DNA from: Desulfobacterales bacterium
GTDB lineage: Bacteria > Desulfobacterota > Desulfobacteria > Desulfobacterales > UBA2174
Length of the DNA: 64,000 nt
Direction of reading: 5' to 3'
Assembly: GCA_963668645.2 (NCBI GenBank)
Contig: CAXXWC010000018.1
Coordinates: forward strand, 288,001 to 352,000
Position numbers and translations under genes: made by a program. Each line of letters opens with the position of its first letter. Position 1 is the first letter of the stretch. This document shows positions 17,690 to 28,007 of the stretch, piece by piece. A model generated the notes under the pieces. The model saw only the letters and a program-made list of their open reading frames with translations, was not told the DNA's origin and did no database searches.

Positions 17690-18462
17690 TTAGCGACCGT
17701 CTGCGGGACAATCTGCAGCGGCTCAAGCTCACCCAGGCGGCTGATGTTCTGGACTCGGTCCTCTCCCAGGCCGAGGCCGAAAAGGGCTCGTACCTGTCGT
17801 TCCTCGACCACCTGCTGGAGGAGGAAGTCGCGGCCAAGGAAAAGCGCCGGGTGCAAACCGCCATGAAAACCGCCGGCTTGCCGGCCGCCAAAACCATCGA
17901 CGCCTACGACTTTACTTTCCATCCGGATCTGAACAAAAAGGAGGTGATGACCCTGTTCGATTTGGACTTTATCGCCAAGCATGAAAATGTGATCTTTCTC
18001 GGGCCGCCGGGGGTGGGTAAAACCCATCTGGCCATCTCGCTGGCGACCAAAGCGTGCCATCACGGTTTCAAGGTCTATTTCACCACGATGGACACGCTGA
18101 TGCGCAAGCTCAAGGAATCGCAGTCCCGGCACAAGGCCTATCTGACCTCGCCGCTGGTGGTGGTCGACGAGGTGGGCTATCTGCCCATCGACAGCCGGGA
18201 GGCGTATCTGTTCTTCCAGTTCGTCTCCCATCGCTACGAGCGCAGCTCGACGATCATTACCTCGAACAAGAGCTTTATCGACTGGAAGGAACTGTTCGGC
18301 GACCAGGTGATCGCCACGGCCATTCTCGACCGGCTGCTGCACCACTGCCGCGTGGTCAACATCAAAGGACACAGCTATCGGCTCAGGAAACACAATTTTT
18401 CAAAGAACGAGTTCGGACGCCACCCGGTTCCGCCGGCAGCGGCCCAGGAGGCACGGAATTAA
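17677..18462 (+). CDS. istB: IS21 helper AAA+ ATPase IstB
   Basis: GPPGVGKTHLA, VVDEVGY, IITSN, ILDRLLHH. Confidence 0.93.
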   Translation: MDQLISDRLRDNLQRLKLTQAADVLDSVLSQAEAEKGSYLSFLDHLLEEEVAAKEKRRVQTAMKTAGLPAAKTIDAYDFTFHPDLNKKEVMTLFDLDFIAKHENVIFLGPPGVGKTHLAISLATKACHHGFKVYFTTMDTLMRKLKESQSRHKAYLTSPLVVVDEVGYLPIDSREAYLFFQFVSHRYERSSTIITSNKSFIDWKELFGDQVIATAILDRLLHHCRVVNIKGHSYRLRKHNFSKNEFGRHPVPPAAAQEARN

Positions 18463-18522
18463 CCAGCGCGGTGGTACACTTTTATTTTCCCATAACTGGT
18501 ACACTTTTCATTCCCATTGACA

Positions 18523-18750
18523 CCTGTGGCCCAGGCCGAGGCCAAAAAGACTCATATCTGAACTTTCTTGATCGAGAAGTCGCCGTTAAAAAAAACGCGA
18601 TGTCTGGGCGGCCATGAAGACCGCGGGGCTTCCGGTCACCCAGACTTGAGAAAAAATCAGGTCCTGTTCAAACTGGATTTTATCACTCTGTACGAAAACA
18701 TGATTTTCTCTGACCGCCGGGTGTGGGAAAAACCCATCTGGCCATCTCGT
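18523..18750 (+). pseudogene. Decayed istB remnant (right part)
   Basis: GCCCAGGCCGAGGCCAAAAAG...GGGTGTGGGAAAAACCCATCTGGCCATCTCG continues the istB homology from where the left remnant stops. Confidence 0.75.
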
Positions 18751-18783
18751 AAAAAAAAAAATACACGTCTTCGCAGGTAAATA

Positions 18784-20310
18784 TTAGATAATTTTATCAA
18801 CCATATAATTTAGTTTTTTATTGGAATTTTCCAGCAATACTCTCTTTGATGATATAAATTGTTTTCTTTCTTCTATTTTCTTGATACGGTTTTTTATCAT
18901 TCTTTTCACTTCACTAGGTGCAGGTCCTCCTCGAAGCTTACGCACCATAACATTATTTAGCGGATCAAGTGCCATTTCGACCAAACTCGAATCAATGGAT
19001 ATCTTTTGCCCAGTATATTCATTTATGCACTCTTCAATTAAATCAGAAGAAATGTTTTTCGCTTTTTTGCCATTGTTCAAAGTTTTTTTGATCGACAGCC
19101 CGACAACTTCATGGGCGGTCCTGAAAGGCAGATCATATTCCTTTACAAGCATATCGGCAATTTCGGTTGCAGTAGAAAATCCATCCTCTGTCAATTGATA
19201 CATCCTGGATTTATTGATTTTAATTGATTTTAATAATCCACCAAAAAGAATTATCATGTTTATTACTTTTTCAGCCGTATCATGATGGTCCTTTTCTAAT
19301 AGAGTAATTTCTCTTCCATTGCACCAAGGTAAGGCTTTGAGGATAGATAAGGCATTAAATAGCTTCCCATATATAATCGGGTTAAGGGCTCGTATGCACT
19401 CCAGGCTCACAGCATTTTTTTTCTGAGGCATAATACTGCTAAACGATGTATATTCATCTGCAAGCTCAACCATGTCAAATTCAAAAGTAGTCCACAGGAG
19501 AAAATTTTCTGCCATTCGTCCTAGCTCACAAGTTATTTCTGAAATGATAAATAAATATTCTATTAAATAATCCCTACTGCTGATTGCATCGTACCCATGT
19601 TCATGAACATCCTCAAAACCGAGTAAATCAGCAACCAACTCGCGATCTAGATCAAAACTGGTCGTTGCGAGGGCTGCCGCCCCCATTGGACAAAGGTTCA
19701 AACGAGTCCATAAATTTTCAAATCTTTGCATATCTCTGTAAAAGACATCGAAATTGCCCATCAAAAAATATCCGAATGTGATTGGCTGTGCATGACGGCT
19801 ATGGTGAGTGTAGCCAGGCATAACAGTTTCTATATTTTGCTCACTCATGCTTAGCAGTATTTTTTCAAATTCATACAACGATTCCAAAATATTCAATACT
19901 TCTTCTCTAATCACCATTTTGGATACTGTTGCATTTATATCATTTCGGCTTCTCCCAACATTTATTTTCCCACCGCAGTTCACTCCGGTTTTTTCGATTA
20001 CAAATTGCTCCAAGCAAACAACCAGGTCACCATATTTAAAGTCCAATGGAACTACATTTTCAGCCCCATCATGCTCTATGTTTCTGAATATTTTCAAAAT
20101 TCTTTTGGCATCATTCATATCGATAATATTCTGCTTTAAAAGCATTACAATATGTGCGTAATTTATATCGATAAGATGCTGGGCACTATGATATTCAACC
20201 TTTTTATCATCCCCTGACAATTTAACCAGAATATCTGCGTGAAGCTTTTCTAGTCGAGTTCCCCGAGCCATACCTTTATTCTTATTCCCATCCATTTTAG
20301 CTATATCCAT
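18784..20310 (-). CDS. Argininosuccinate lyase-like C-N lyase (fumarase/aspartase superfamily)
   Basis: GRSRND, MPGYTHHSRHAQP, SSIMPQKKN, LPFRTAHEVVG. AT-rich island copy. Confidence 0.85.
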   Translation of the reverse strand: MDIAKMDGNKNKGMARGTRLEKLHADILVKLSGDDKKVEYHSAQHLIDINYAHIVMLLKQNIIDMNDAKRILKIFRNIEHDGAENVVPLDFKYGDLVVCLEQFVIEKTGVNCGGKINVGRSRNDINATVSKMVIREEVLNILESLYEFEKILLSMSEQNIETVMPGYTHHSRHAQPITFGYFLMGNFDVFYRDMQRFENLWTRLNLCPMGAAALATTSFDLDRELVADLLGFEDVHEHGYDAISSRDYLIEYLFIISEITCELGRMAENFLLWTTFEFDMVELADEYTSFSSIMPQKKNAVSLECIRALNPIIYGKLFNALSILKALPWCNGREITLLEKDHHDTAEKVINMIILFGGLLKSIKINKSRMYQLTEDGFSTATEIADMLVKEYDLPFRTAHEVVGLSIKKTLNNGKKAKNISSDLIEECINEYTGQKISIDSSLVEMALDPLNNVMVRKLRGGPAPSEVKRMIKNRIKKIEERKQFISSKRVLLENSNKKLNYMVDKII

Positions 20311-20446
20311 TTCTAATTTGATCGTTATTTGTTGAAGTCATCTGCCTGGTTGAAAGTCAGGCACAATCAAAGTTGCCCTTATTTTAGCATTTCACACGGT
20401 TTTTTTTTAAAGCCCTTTTTCGAGCGATAAATTCGACACAATCATT

Positions 20447-20481
20447 GGCAATCCCCTGCTGTAGTGCTGCAGGGGATTGCC
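20447..20481. terminator. Stem-loop between tctC and the lyase gene
   Basis: GGCAATCCCCTGC-9nt-GCAGGGGATTGCC, perfect 13-bp stem. Confidence 0.6.
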
Positions 20482-20547
20482 GCCAATAGTATCGCTGGCT
20501 TTTTTGTTTTTATCTAAGCTATTAGATTTTCGGTAATTTCCTTGTTG

Positions 20548-21516
20548 CTACTTATTTTCAACATTTTTAATCTGATCGAGGGTTTTGTGCAGAAATTCAT
20601 CATACTTTTCACCAGTCATATAATCAAAAACCAGCCCGCCCTTTTGAAGCGCTTTTTGGATTCCTTCATCCTTCAAACTTCTTTCGAAAGCACTCCTTAA
20701 AATCTCTAATCTATCACGAGGAACTTTTGAACTCGTAACAAATCCGTCATATGAGGCAAAAGTCGCTTCACCATACCCCAACTCTTTCAAAGTAGTAACA
20801 TCCGGCAATACATCCACTCGATCTTCTGTTGTGACCGCAAGAGCATCCAAATTTCCTGAATTAATATTCGAGGAGGCTGTGGCTGTCGTAACAAAAGCGA
20901 TATCTACATGCCCTCCCATTGCTGCCAGCATAGCCTTTGCACCTCCTTTAAAAGGGACATGCTTTATCTTAACGCCAGCAGCTTGGCAAAAAAGTTCTCC
21001 GGCAATATGCGAAGAGCTGTTTACACCCCATGAACCGAACGTTAACTTATTAGGATTCTTTTTTGCTTCTTCCGCTATTTCTTTCAGACTTTTATAGCGA
21101 TTTTTTTTAGAAATAATGACTAAGGGGTTTTTTACCGCCTTTGCAATTGATGAAAAATTTTCTAATGAATATGGTATCTTGTCGTTCGTCGCAATAACCG
21201 AACCAAGATTCGAGGCTCCACCTGTAAGAAGAGTATAACCATCATCGGTTTTGGAAACATATTCTGCTGCGACCGAACCGCCTGCTCCAGGTTTATTGAC
21301 TATTATTACAGGAACTTTCAAATACTCCGAAGCTTTTCCACCTACGATTCTGGCCATAAGATCGGAAGAGCCCCCAGGAGAATAGCAGACAACAAGCTCG
21401 ATTTCCCTGTTTGGAAAATCATCGGCTCTACAATCAACACTGCCAGCTACTAATTCGAAAATAATAGCGAATACCAGCATTCCATAGATTAAAATATTTT
21501 TTTTAAAAAACGTCAT
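20548..21516 (-). CDS. tctC: Tripartite tricarboxylate transporter substrate-binding protein (TctC/Bug)
   Basis: Signal peptide, YSPGGSSDLMAR, VNKPGAGGS, HVPFKGGA. Confidence 0.9.
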   Translation of the reverse strand: MTFFKKNILIYGMLVFAIIFELVAGSVDCRADDFPNREIELVVCYSPGGSSDLMARIVGGKASEYLKVPVIIVNKPGAGGSVAAEYVSKTDDGYTLLTGGASNLGSVIATNDKIPYSLENFSSIAKAVKNPLVIISKKNRYKSLKEIAEEAKKNPNKLTFGSWGVNSSSHIAGELFCQAAGVKIKHVPFKGGAKAMLAAMGGHVDIAFVTTATASSNINSGNLDALAVTTEDRVDVLPDVTTLKELGYGEATFASYDGFVTSSKVPRDRLEILRSAFERSLKDEGIQKALQKGGLVFDYMTGEKYDEFLHKTLDQIKNVENK

Positions 21517-21660
21517 TTTGACTCCCCTTTTTTAGTTCTATATTTATTGTTTATATAATTACAATCGACTGCACGGAGACTGTATCGAGTATCACCTCCT
21601 TTCACGTAGACTAATTTCGATCACATGCTTTTAGGGTCATCACTATGCCTGATTTTTACT

Positions 21661-23169
21661 TTATTCATAATCCGAAAATGCCGGACGACTTTTGCCGAAT
21701 ATTTTTAATGCCATTGGCGATATAAGAATTACCAAAGCCAATATAAAAAGAACCCCTGATATCGGACGGGTTATAAATATCATCGGGTTCCCATCTGAAA
21801 TAGTAAGAGACTGTCTTAGAGCCGTCTCAAACATTGGCCCAAGCACCATAGCCATAATTAAAGGAGCTGGTTCATAATCAAACTTTTTCATTAAATAGCC
21901 AAGTATACCAAACATGATCATAATGAAAGGGTCCCAAATATTATTATTTAATGTATATGACCCTATTAATGTTAATAGAAGAATAATTGGAAATAATATT
22001 GAATACCTTATTCGCAATATCTGAATCCATAGAGGTATTAATGGAAGGTTGAGAACTAACAACATGGCGTTACCGATATACATGCTTCCAATTATGCCCC
22101 AAAAAAGCCTTGGATGTTCGGCCATTAGCAGTGGACCTGGCTGAACCCCCTTAAGCATAAGAGCACCTATCAATATTGCCATTACAACATTGCATGGTAT
22201 CCCGAGTGTTAAAAGAGGTATAAATGATCCTTGGCCGCCCGCATTGTTCGCACTTTCCGGTCCTGCGACGCCTTCAATAACTCCCGTACCAAATTTTTCT
22301 GGATATTTGGAAATCTTTTTCTCCATTGCATAAGAAAAAAGGCCGCTGATCAACCCTCCGCCACCAGGTAAGATACCCAAAAAAAATCCGACAACCGAGC
22401 CTCTTATTATTGGCCACGTCGATTTTTTCCAATCGTTTAGGCTTGGAAAGAAATTTTTGATTTTTGATTGATATATTTCGTTGTCAGCAGAACCCTGTTC
22501 GATATTGATCAACACTTCCGAAACCCCGAATAATCCCATCATAACCGGAATTAAGCCAATACCGTCCCGCAATTTTAATGTGGCAAAAGTGTATCGTGGT
22601 TCTCCCGTGACACTGTCGAGACCTATGCATCCCAGCAATAATCCTACCGCCCCCATTGTTAAGGCTTTTATCAGCGATCCACGAGCCAGATATGTAACTA
22701 ATGTTAATCCAAAAAATGTTAATGCCACATATTCAGGCGGTCCGAATTTAATCGCCGTTTTAACTAAAATCGGCGACATGATCATCATCATAACAATACT
22801 AAAAGTCCCCGCTATGAATGAACCGATGGCCGAAATACTCAATGCAACCCCTGCACGACCCTGTTTAGCCATTTGATGGCCGTCAAGGCATGTGATCATT
22901 GATGTACCTTCCCCAGGCACATTGAGCAATATCGATGTGGTAGAACCGCCATACAAGGTTCCGTAAAAAATACCTGACAGCATTATTATGCCATGCGTGG
23001 GGGAAAGAGAAAAAGTAGTGGGAAGCAAAAGTGCCATTGCCCCAGAGGTTCCAAGGCCTGGAAGAACTCCTACCAAAGTGCCGACCAACACCCCGATAAA
23101 GCAAACAAAAATGCTTGTTGGCTCAAGGGCAATGCTAAAAGCAAGGGATAAATTATGAAAAAAATCCAA
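21661..23169 (-). CDS. tctA: TTT large permease TctA
   Basis: GTLVGVLPGLG, YGGSTTSILLNVPG, GVAGPESANN, LLTLGIP. Confidence 0.93.
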   Translation of the reverse strand: MDFFHNLSLAFSIALEPTSIFVCFIGVLVGTLVGVLPGLGTSGAMALLLPTTFSLSPTHGIIMLSGIFYGTLYGGSTTSILLNVPGEGTSMITCLDGHQMAKQGRAGVALSISAIGSFIAGTFSIVMMMIMSPILVKTAIKFGPPEYVALTFFGLTLVTYLARGSLIKALTMGAVGLLLGCIGLDSVTGEPRYTFATLKLRDGIGLIPVMMGLFGVSEVLINIEQGSADNEIYQSKIKNFFPSLNDWKKSTWPIIRGSVVGFFLGILPGGGGLISGLFSYAMEKKISKYPEKFGTGVIEGVAGPESANNAGGQGSFIPLLTLGIPCNVVMAILIGALMLKGVQPGPLLMAEHPRLFWGIIGSMYIGNAMLLVLNLPLIPLWIQILRIRYSILFPIILLLTLIGSYTLNNNIWDPFIMIMFGILGYLMKKFDYEPAPLIMAMVLGPMFETALRQSLTISDGNPMIFITRPISGVLFILALVILISPMALKIFGKSRPAFSDYE

Positions 23170-23178
23170 AACGCCTCC

Positions 23179-23652
23179 TTATATTCCAAAAATTCCTTTC
23201 GGGAATCTGACGTGCAAAAGATAGACGAATAAAATATATGATAGAACCGTTATTAAAATGGATATCTTGAAGATTGTGGCCCACTTTTTAGGTTCAAAAA
23301 CTTTTAATAAAAAAATCGTAAAAATCAGAGTGGAAAGAAAATAACCTAATTTTTCAAAAACCACCTGATAAAATATCAGTGAAAAAACAACACCGAAAAC
23401 TCTTCTCAAACTCTCTTTTTCCGGGAAAAAATTCTGATTGCCTCCGCTTTTTGCCTTCTCCATGGTTATCGAAGATATGAATGTTATCGTTGACAGAAAA
23501 ATTAATATTATACTTGCAATTAATGGAAACAGCCCTGCAAGAGGGCCGGATTCGTTATATAATCCTAGTTTGATCGAGCCATACAAGAATACAAACCCGA
23601 CAAAGATCCCAACCCCACCGCTTATGCTATCCTTTTTAACCATTTTAACCAT
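23179..23652 (-). CDS. tctB: TTT small permease TctB
   Basis: About 4 TM helices, GPLAGLFP, C-terminal FPKG. Adjacent to tctA. Confidence 0.85.
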   Translation of the reverse strand: MVKMVKKDSISGGVGIFVGFVFLYGSIKLGLYNESGPLAGLFPLIASIILIFLSTITFISSITMEKAKSGGNQNFFPEKESLRRVFGVVFSLIFYQVVFEKLGYFLSTLIFTIFLLKVFEPKKWATIFKISILITVLSYILFVYLLHVRFPKGIFGI

Positions 23653-23744
23653 AATAAGAACCGTTACTTTGTTTGGGTTTTATCATGATGGAATATCAAA
23701 ATAGTCCTGATAACCACTGTGCACACTGACCACAAGGTGGTCGC

Positions 23745-23791
23745 TCTAACTTTTGCTCTGCAAAACAAGATAACGCAGAGTAAAAGTTAGA
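23745..23791. promoter_or_regulatory. 17-bp inverted repeat upstream of tctB (candidate operator or hairpin)
   Basis: TCTAACTTTTGCTCTGC-13nt-GCAGAGTAAAAGTTAGA, one mismatch. Confidence 0.45.
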
Positions 23792-24067
23792 ATTGATAGA
23801 ATCATACTCATTTGAGTCTGTCAATATAAATATTCATTCATCTTCGATTTTCACTCCTTTTCTCAATACTTCAAAATCTCAAATATATACGTCTTGAACG
23901 CCATTTGCTTGGCGGTTAAGGGGTGAGAAAATTTATTTTAAATCTCCTCCATAAAACCTACGAAATTCCGATAATATGCTCGATTGACAAAACTCTTGTT
24001 AGAAATCAACTTATGAAACAGAAAGTGGTTTTAAAAAATTTGAGCTATAACATTTGTTCGGTGCAAA

Positions 24068-26881
24068 TCAGCGCGTACACTCCTCAACCAGGTATAAAAT
24101 GGAAGAAAAAACGACCCCGCTTTCTTCCGAAAGGCCGATCTCGCAGGTGCGGCTGGTTGAAAAACCCCGTTTTGCTTCAACTGGAAAATTTTCATGCAGG
24201 TTCCGTAATCCATGACGATTGAGTTCCGGACGTAAAAAACCTCGGTCTCCCGCGAAACCACAGCAATTGGTTTTTGTGGATACCACTCTTTTTGCACACA
24301 TCTCTGCAAGTATGATCAACTTCTTCTCGATCCCCATTTTTTTAACGCTGCATACAGGATGTATCACAACGGTTTCCATTTTCTGATGAAAGGTCAGATG
24401 CGGGGATAGAAGCGACAGCACAAGTCCGGTAGGATCGTAAAACTTTAATTTTGGGGAAAGGGTTTCTTTCATGTGAAGCAGGCAGGGACTCGTGTCGCAA
24501 AAGATCGGAAATTTTCCGTTTTGCGAAACCTTCAGCAGGGCCGCTTCCATCTCCCTTTCCCTTTGCCGGGCGGCATCTGCCTGCCCCTTGGAGGCAAAGG
24601 CCAGCCCGCAGCAAAGGGAGTTCACCTTTTCCGGAAAATGGAGGGTGTATCCCGCACGCAGGCACAGTTTTTCCACGACTCGAATGAGACTTTGCCGGTG
24701 GTCTGCTGCATAAGGGTCCTCGCCCATCGTACGGTTGATGCAAGAGGGTATGTAAACGATATTACCGTTTGGGCCTAAAGTTTGGTGTTGCTTGAAGGGG
24801 ATTTTAGTTTTTTGAGGGCCCGGCATGTGTGACATCCACCGGGGCGTGTTTTGCCCGGAAAGCTTGCGTGAAACTTCTCCTGCGGCTTTCATCGTATCAT
24901 CACCGATACATGAGGCGATGCGGCTAATGCCGCGAAGCGAGAGCCGGCCGGCGGCAGTTACCGGTGCCATGTGATCGCCGATGCCCTTTCCGATCAACCG
25001 TGATAGGGAACCCGTGTTCTGGCTGCGAAGCTTTTTGACGAAACTGCCCGTGTTGATCCCTGATGGACAGGCCAGGGAACAGAGCCCGTCAGTGGCACAG
25101 GTCTCCATCACAAGGTAGGGGATATCCTTTTCCAACTGCTTAAGAAAGGCATTGTCCTCGCCGCTTTCTTTCAACCAGGCCATATAGCGCAGCAGGACGA
25201 TTCGCTGACGGGCCGAAAGGCTAAGACCGTCGGAAACGCAGAACCGTTCACAAAATCCACATTCGATGCACTGGTCCACCATGGGGTCCACGAGGGAGAA
25301 ATGCTTCAAATTGCGAACATGGATTTCGGGATCATCGTTTAGGATGACCCCCGGATTGAGAATTCTTTGCGGATCGAAGATCTCCTTGATCTCTTCCATA
25401 ATGCCGTATATGGCGTCTCCCCATTCCTTGCGGACAAAGGGGGCCATGTTACGGCCGGTTCCATGTTCGGCTTTGAACGAACCGCCGTACTTCCCGGCCA
25501 CAATATCGGTCATCTCCTCCATGAAGCGCTGGTAGTGTTTGACTTCCTTGTCGGATGCGAAGTTAACAATGATGTTGAAATGCAGATTTCCGGCCAGAAC
25601 ATGCCCGAAGACGACCGCCTCTTCGTATCGATAGCGATCGAAGAGCCAGTGCAGGTCCTTTACCGCATCTTTGATCTGTTCGGGGAAAACGGCGATGTCT
25701 TCGGTCACCATGATGCTGCCGGGGGAAGCCTTTGCGAAAATAATCGGATCGAACCCATCCCGAACCTCCCAGATCCTGCATCGCTCCGATTCGTCGGAAC
25801 AGAAGGAGACCGGTTGTGGCATGGGAATCTTTGCGAGCGCTGCCTTGATTTGCGAGACTTGTTCAGCCAATTTCTCATGGTCGGTTGCCTGGGTTTCCAC
25901 CAGAAGCGCGGCCGCGTTCGGTCCCAGTGTTTTTAAAAAGTCCGGTATACCGGGCAGGTCCTCCACGGCAGCGACGGTGCGCCGATCCATCAGCTCAACG
26001 ATAGCGACATTGCATTTGCGAAGTATCGAAACCACCTCGCAGGCATCTTGCAGATCGTCAAAGCCAAGCAGTGACGTTGCTTTCTCTGGCAAGTCTTCAA
26101 TCGTGTTCAGAGTGACCTCTGAAATAAACCCCAGGGTCCCTTCTGAACCCACCATGAGATGTTCGATGATATCCACCGGGTCATCGAAATCGAGCAGTGC
26201 GTTAACAGCGTATCCAGTGGTGTTTTTAATACTGAATTTCCTTTTGATTTTTTCCCGGATATCGGAAGATTCCATCACCCTGGATCGCAACGACAGCAGC
26301 CGCTCGGCTATCTGGTGGTGGGAAGCAAGAAATTGCTTACGGCTCGCTTCGTTTCCGGTGTCGAGTATCGAACCGTCAGTGAAGACAATGCGCATGCTCG
26401 AAACGGTATTATAGGAATTGAAAGCGGTGCCGCAGGTCATGCCTGAGGAGTTGTTGGCGACAATGCCGGCAATCGTGGCCGACTGAATGGACGCCGGGTC
26501 CGGGCCAATCTTCCTGCCGTAGGCGGACAGCGCGCGATTGGCCTCTCCACCGGTAATGCCCATCCCCAAGGTGATTTTCCGACCCTGCTCGGTGATATCG
26601 CACCGGTTCCAGTCGTCTGTCAACATCACCAAAATCGAGTCGGTGATTGCCTGGCCGGAGAGGCTGGTGCCGCTTCCCCGAAAGGTGAGGGGAGCGGCCA
26701 ACAGCCGGCAGGTGCGTAACAGGGTTTGGACTTCCGCCTCCGTGGCGAGTTGCACTGATAATTGAGGAATAAGGCGATAAAATCCCCCATCGGTGCCATA
26801 GGCGAGTAGTCGTGGCCTGTTGGTGATAAAGTGGCCTCCAGGGATCGCCTTTTGCAGCTTCTCAAGCAAATGCGTTTTCAT
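24068..26881 (-). CDS. FAD-binding and Fe-S D-2-hydroxyacid (D-lactate, Dld-II-like) dehydrogenase
   Basis: RGSGTSLSGQ, GPDPAS, KAEHGTGRNM, CIECGFCERFC, CATDGLCSLACP, CCG domains. Confidence 0.88.
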   Translation of the reverse strand: MKTHLLEKLQKAIPGGHFITNRPRLLAYGTDGGFYRLIPQLSVQLATEAEVQTLLRTCRLLAAPLTFRGSGTSLSGQAITDSILVMLTDDWNRCDITEQGRKITLGMGITGGEANRALSAYGRKIGPDPASIQSATIAGIVANNSSGMTCGTAFNSYNTVSSMRIVFTDGSILDTGNEASRKQFLASHHQIAERLLSLRSRVMESSDIREKIKRKFSIKNTTGYAVNALLDFDDPVDIIEHLMVGSEGTLGFISEVTLNTIEDLPEKATSLLGFDDLQDACEVVSILRKCNVAIVELMDRRTVAAVEDLPGIPDFLKTLGPNAAALLVETQATDHEKLAEQVSQIKAALAKIPMPQPVSFCSDESERCRIWEVRDGFDPIIFAKASPGSIMVTEDIAVFPEQIKDAVKDLHWLFDRYRYEEAVVFGHVLAGNLHFNIIVNFASDKEVKHYQRFMEEMTDIVAGKYGGSFKAEHGTGRNMAPFVRKEWGDAIYGIMEEIKEIFDPQRILNPGVILNDDPEIHVRNLKHFSLVDPMVDQCIECGFCERFCVSDGLSLSARQRIVLLRYMAWLKESGEDNAFLKQLEKDIPYLVMETCATDGLCSLACPSGINTGSFVKKLRSQNTGSLSRLIGKGIGDHMAPVTAAGRLSLRGISRIASCIGDDTMKAAGEVSRKLSGQNTPRWMSHMPGPQKTKIPFKQHQTLGPNGNIVYIPSCINRTMGEDPYAADHRQSLIRVVEKLCLRAGYTLHFPEKVNSLCCGLAFASKGQADAARQREREMEAALLKVSQNGKFPIFCDTSPCLLHMKETLSPKLKFYDPTGLVLSLLSPHLTFHQKMETVVIHPVCSVKKMGIEKKLIILAEMCAKRVVSTKTNCCGFAGDRGFLRPELNRHGLRNLHENFPVEAKRGFSTSRTCEIGLSEESGVVFSSILYLVEECTR

Positions 26882-26955
26882 ATTTGGTCCCGGACCTCGT
26901 CAGCCCGTCACGGAGGCGGCCGCCCGCGATCAACCGTCGGGGCGACCGCATGCAG

Positions 26956-27906
26956 CTATTCAACGACGGGCAACACGAGATCCGCCGGTCCCTTTTTCGA
27001 CGTTTTTAATTGTGGAGCGTGGCGTTGCATCAACTCCTGGACCACTTGGGCTATCTTGACTTTTTCGCGGACCAACTCTTGGTGAAACGATTCAAAGGCC
27101 CAGGGTTTGTAGATATCACCCTCGGAGGTTCCCGGCTCGATCTTGAAATAGACCGGTGCGGCCACTCGTGCAATTTCCGGTGCCTCATAAGCCCGATACA
27201 TCCCCCCGAAGGCATCGACGATGATAACATAGACATCCAGAGGCACGTCGACCGTCTTGCGGATTGACGATAAGATCGGCAATGAGACATCGGACAGCGG
27301 GTTGATTGAATTGACCCCCATCGACTCGATGACCTTGGCTCCGGCCGCACTGCAGTAGCCGCCGAAAACCGAGAATTTGAATATGGTCTCGGATGGAATT
27401 AATCCTTCTTTTCTCATCTTATCGATAAGGTACAAAACGCCTTCGTCATAAACCAGAAATCCGCGCACCCCGGCTTCGATGTTTCGCATCATATCTGCGA
27501 TGTGATAGGAAACGTTATCGGAGCCTCTCAAACGGAAGCCCTGCATTTGACCCTCAGGCGTGGGCATTTCCTTTGAACCCGGATCCCAACCCTTTCGGTG
27601 CCCGACAACCATAACAAGCTCGATCTGTTCATCGTGGGCCATCTGAGCCATGGCCTTTAATTCCTCAAAATCGCAGTAAGTCGAGCCACCCACGGTGGCG
27701 ATGGCCCGGTGAACGGTTACATCGCGTTTTTTGGCTTCGTCGATCATCGCCTCCATCGTACTGGCCCGTTCAATGCCGGCGATTTCGATACGCCAATGGG
27801 CACCATCCGGGAACGACTTTGGCGAGTCGGCAAGATCGTACCCGTCTCTTCCTGGAATTCCCTCCTTCTCCATAAAATCACGTATCTTTTTCAGCACATC
27901 TGACAT
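26956..27906 (-). CDS. Conserved protein, U32-peptidase-like family (function unknown)
   Basis: FPDGAHWRIEIAGIE, GVRGFLVYDEG, PVYFKIEPG. GGAGG RBS before ATG 27906. Family call from memory. Confidence 0.55.
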   Translation of the reverse strand: MSDVLKKIRDFMEKEGIPGRDGYDLADSPKSFPDGAHWRIEIAGIERASTMEAMIDEAKKRDVTVHRAIATVGGSTYCDFEELKAMAQMAHDEQIELVMVVGHRKGWDPGSKEMPTPEGQMQGFRLRGSDNVSYHIADMMRNIEAGVRGFLVYDEGVLYLIDKMRKEGLIPSETIFKFSVFGGYCSAAGAKVIESMGVNSINPLSDVSLPILSSIRKTVDVPLDVYVIIVDAFGGMYRAYEAPEIARVAAPVYFKIEPGTSEGDIYKPWAFESFHQELVREKVKIAQVVQELMQRHAPQLKTSKKGPADLVLPVVE

Positions 27907-28007
27907 GAAAGCCTCCAAATGAGTGTTTTTCGATGTATGCTCGTGCATACCTTATTGTGATGCTTAACTTTTCAAAAATTCCAAGATTTAAGTTTCTATC
28001 CCGATCC

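Larger units (their letters stand above)
16314..18522 (+). mobile_element. IS21-family element, intact
   Basis: TGTCA...TGACA ends with repeated internal (A/G)TGTACCA motifs. 5-bp target duplication CCTGT at 16309-16313 and 18523-18527. Confidence 0.92.

Noticed and set aside
18784..20310. Housekeeping argH
   Set aside because: It sits in an AT-rich island with a transporter, has an altered YTH motif and has no arg neighbours, so it was left as ArgH-like.
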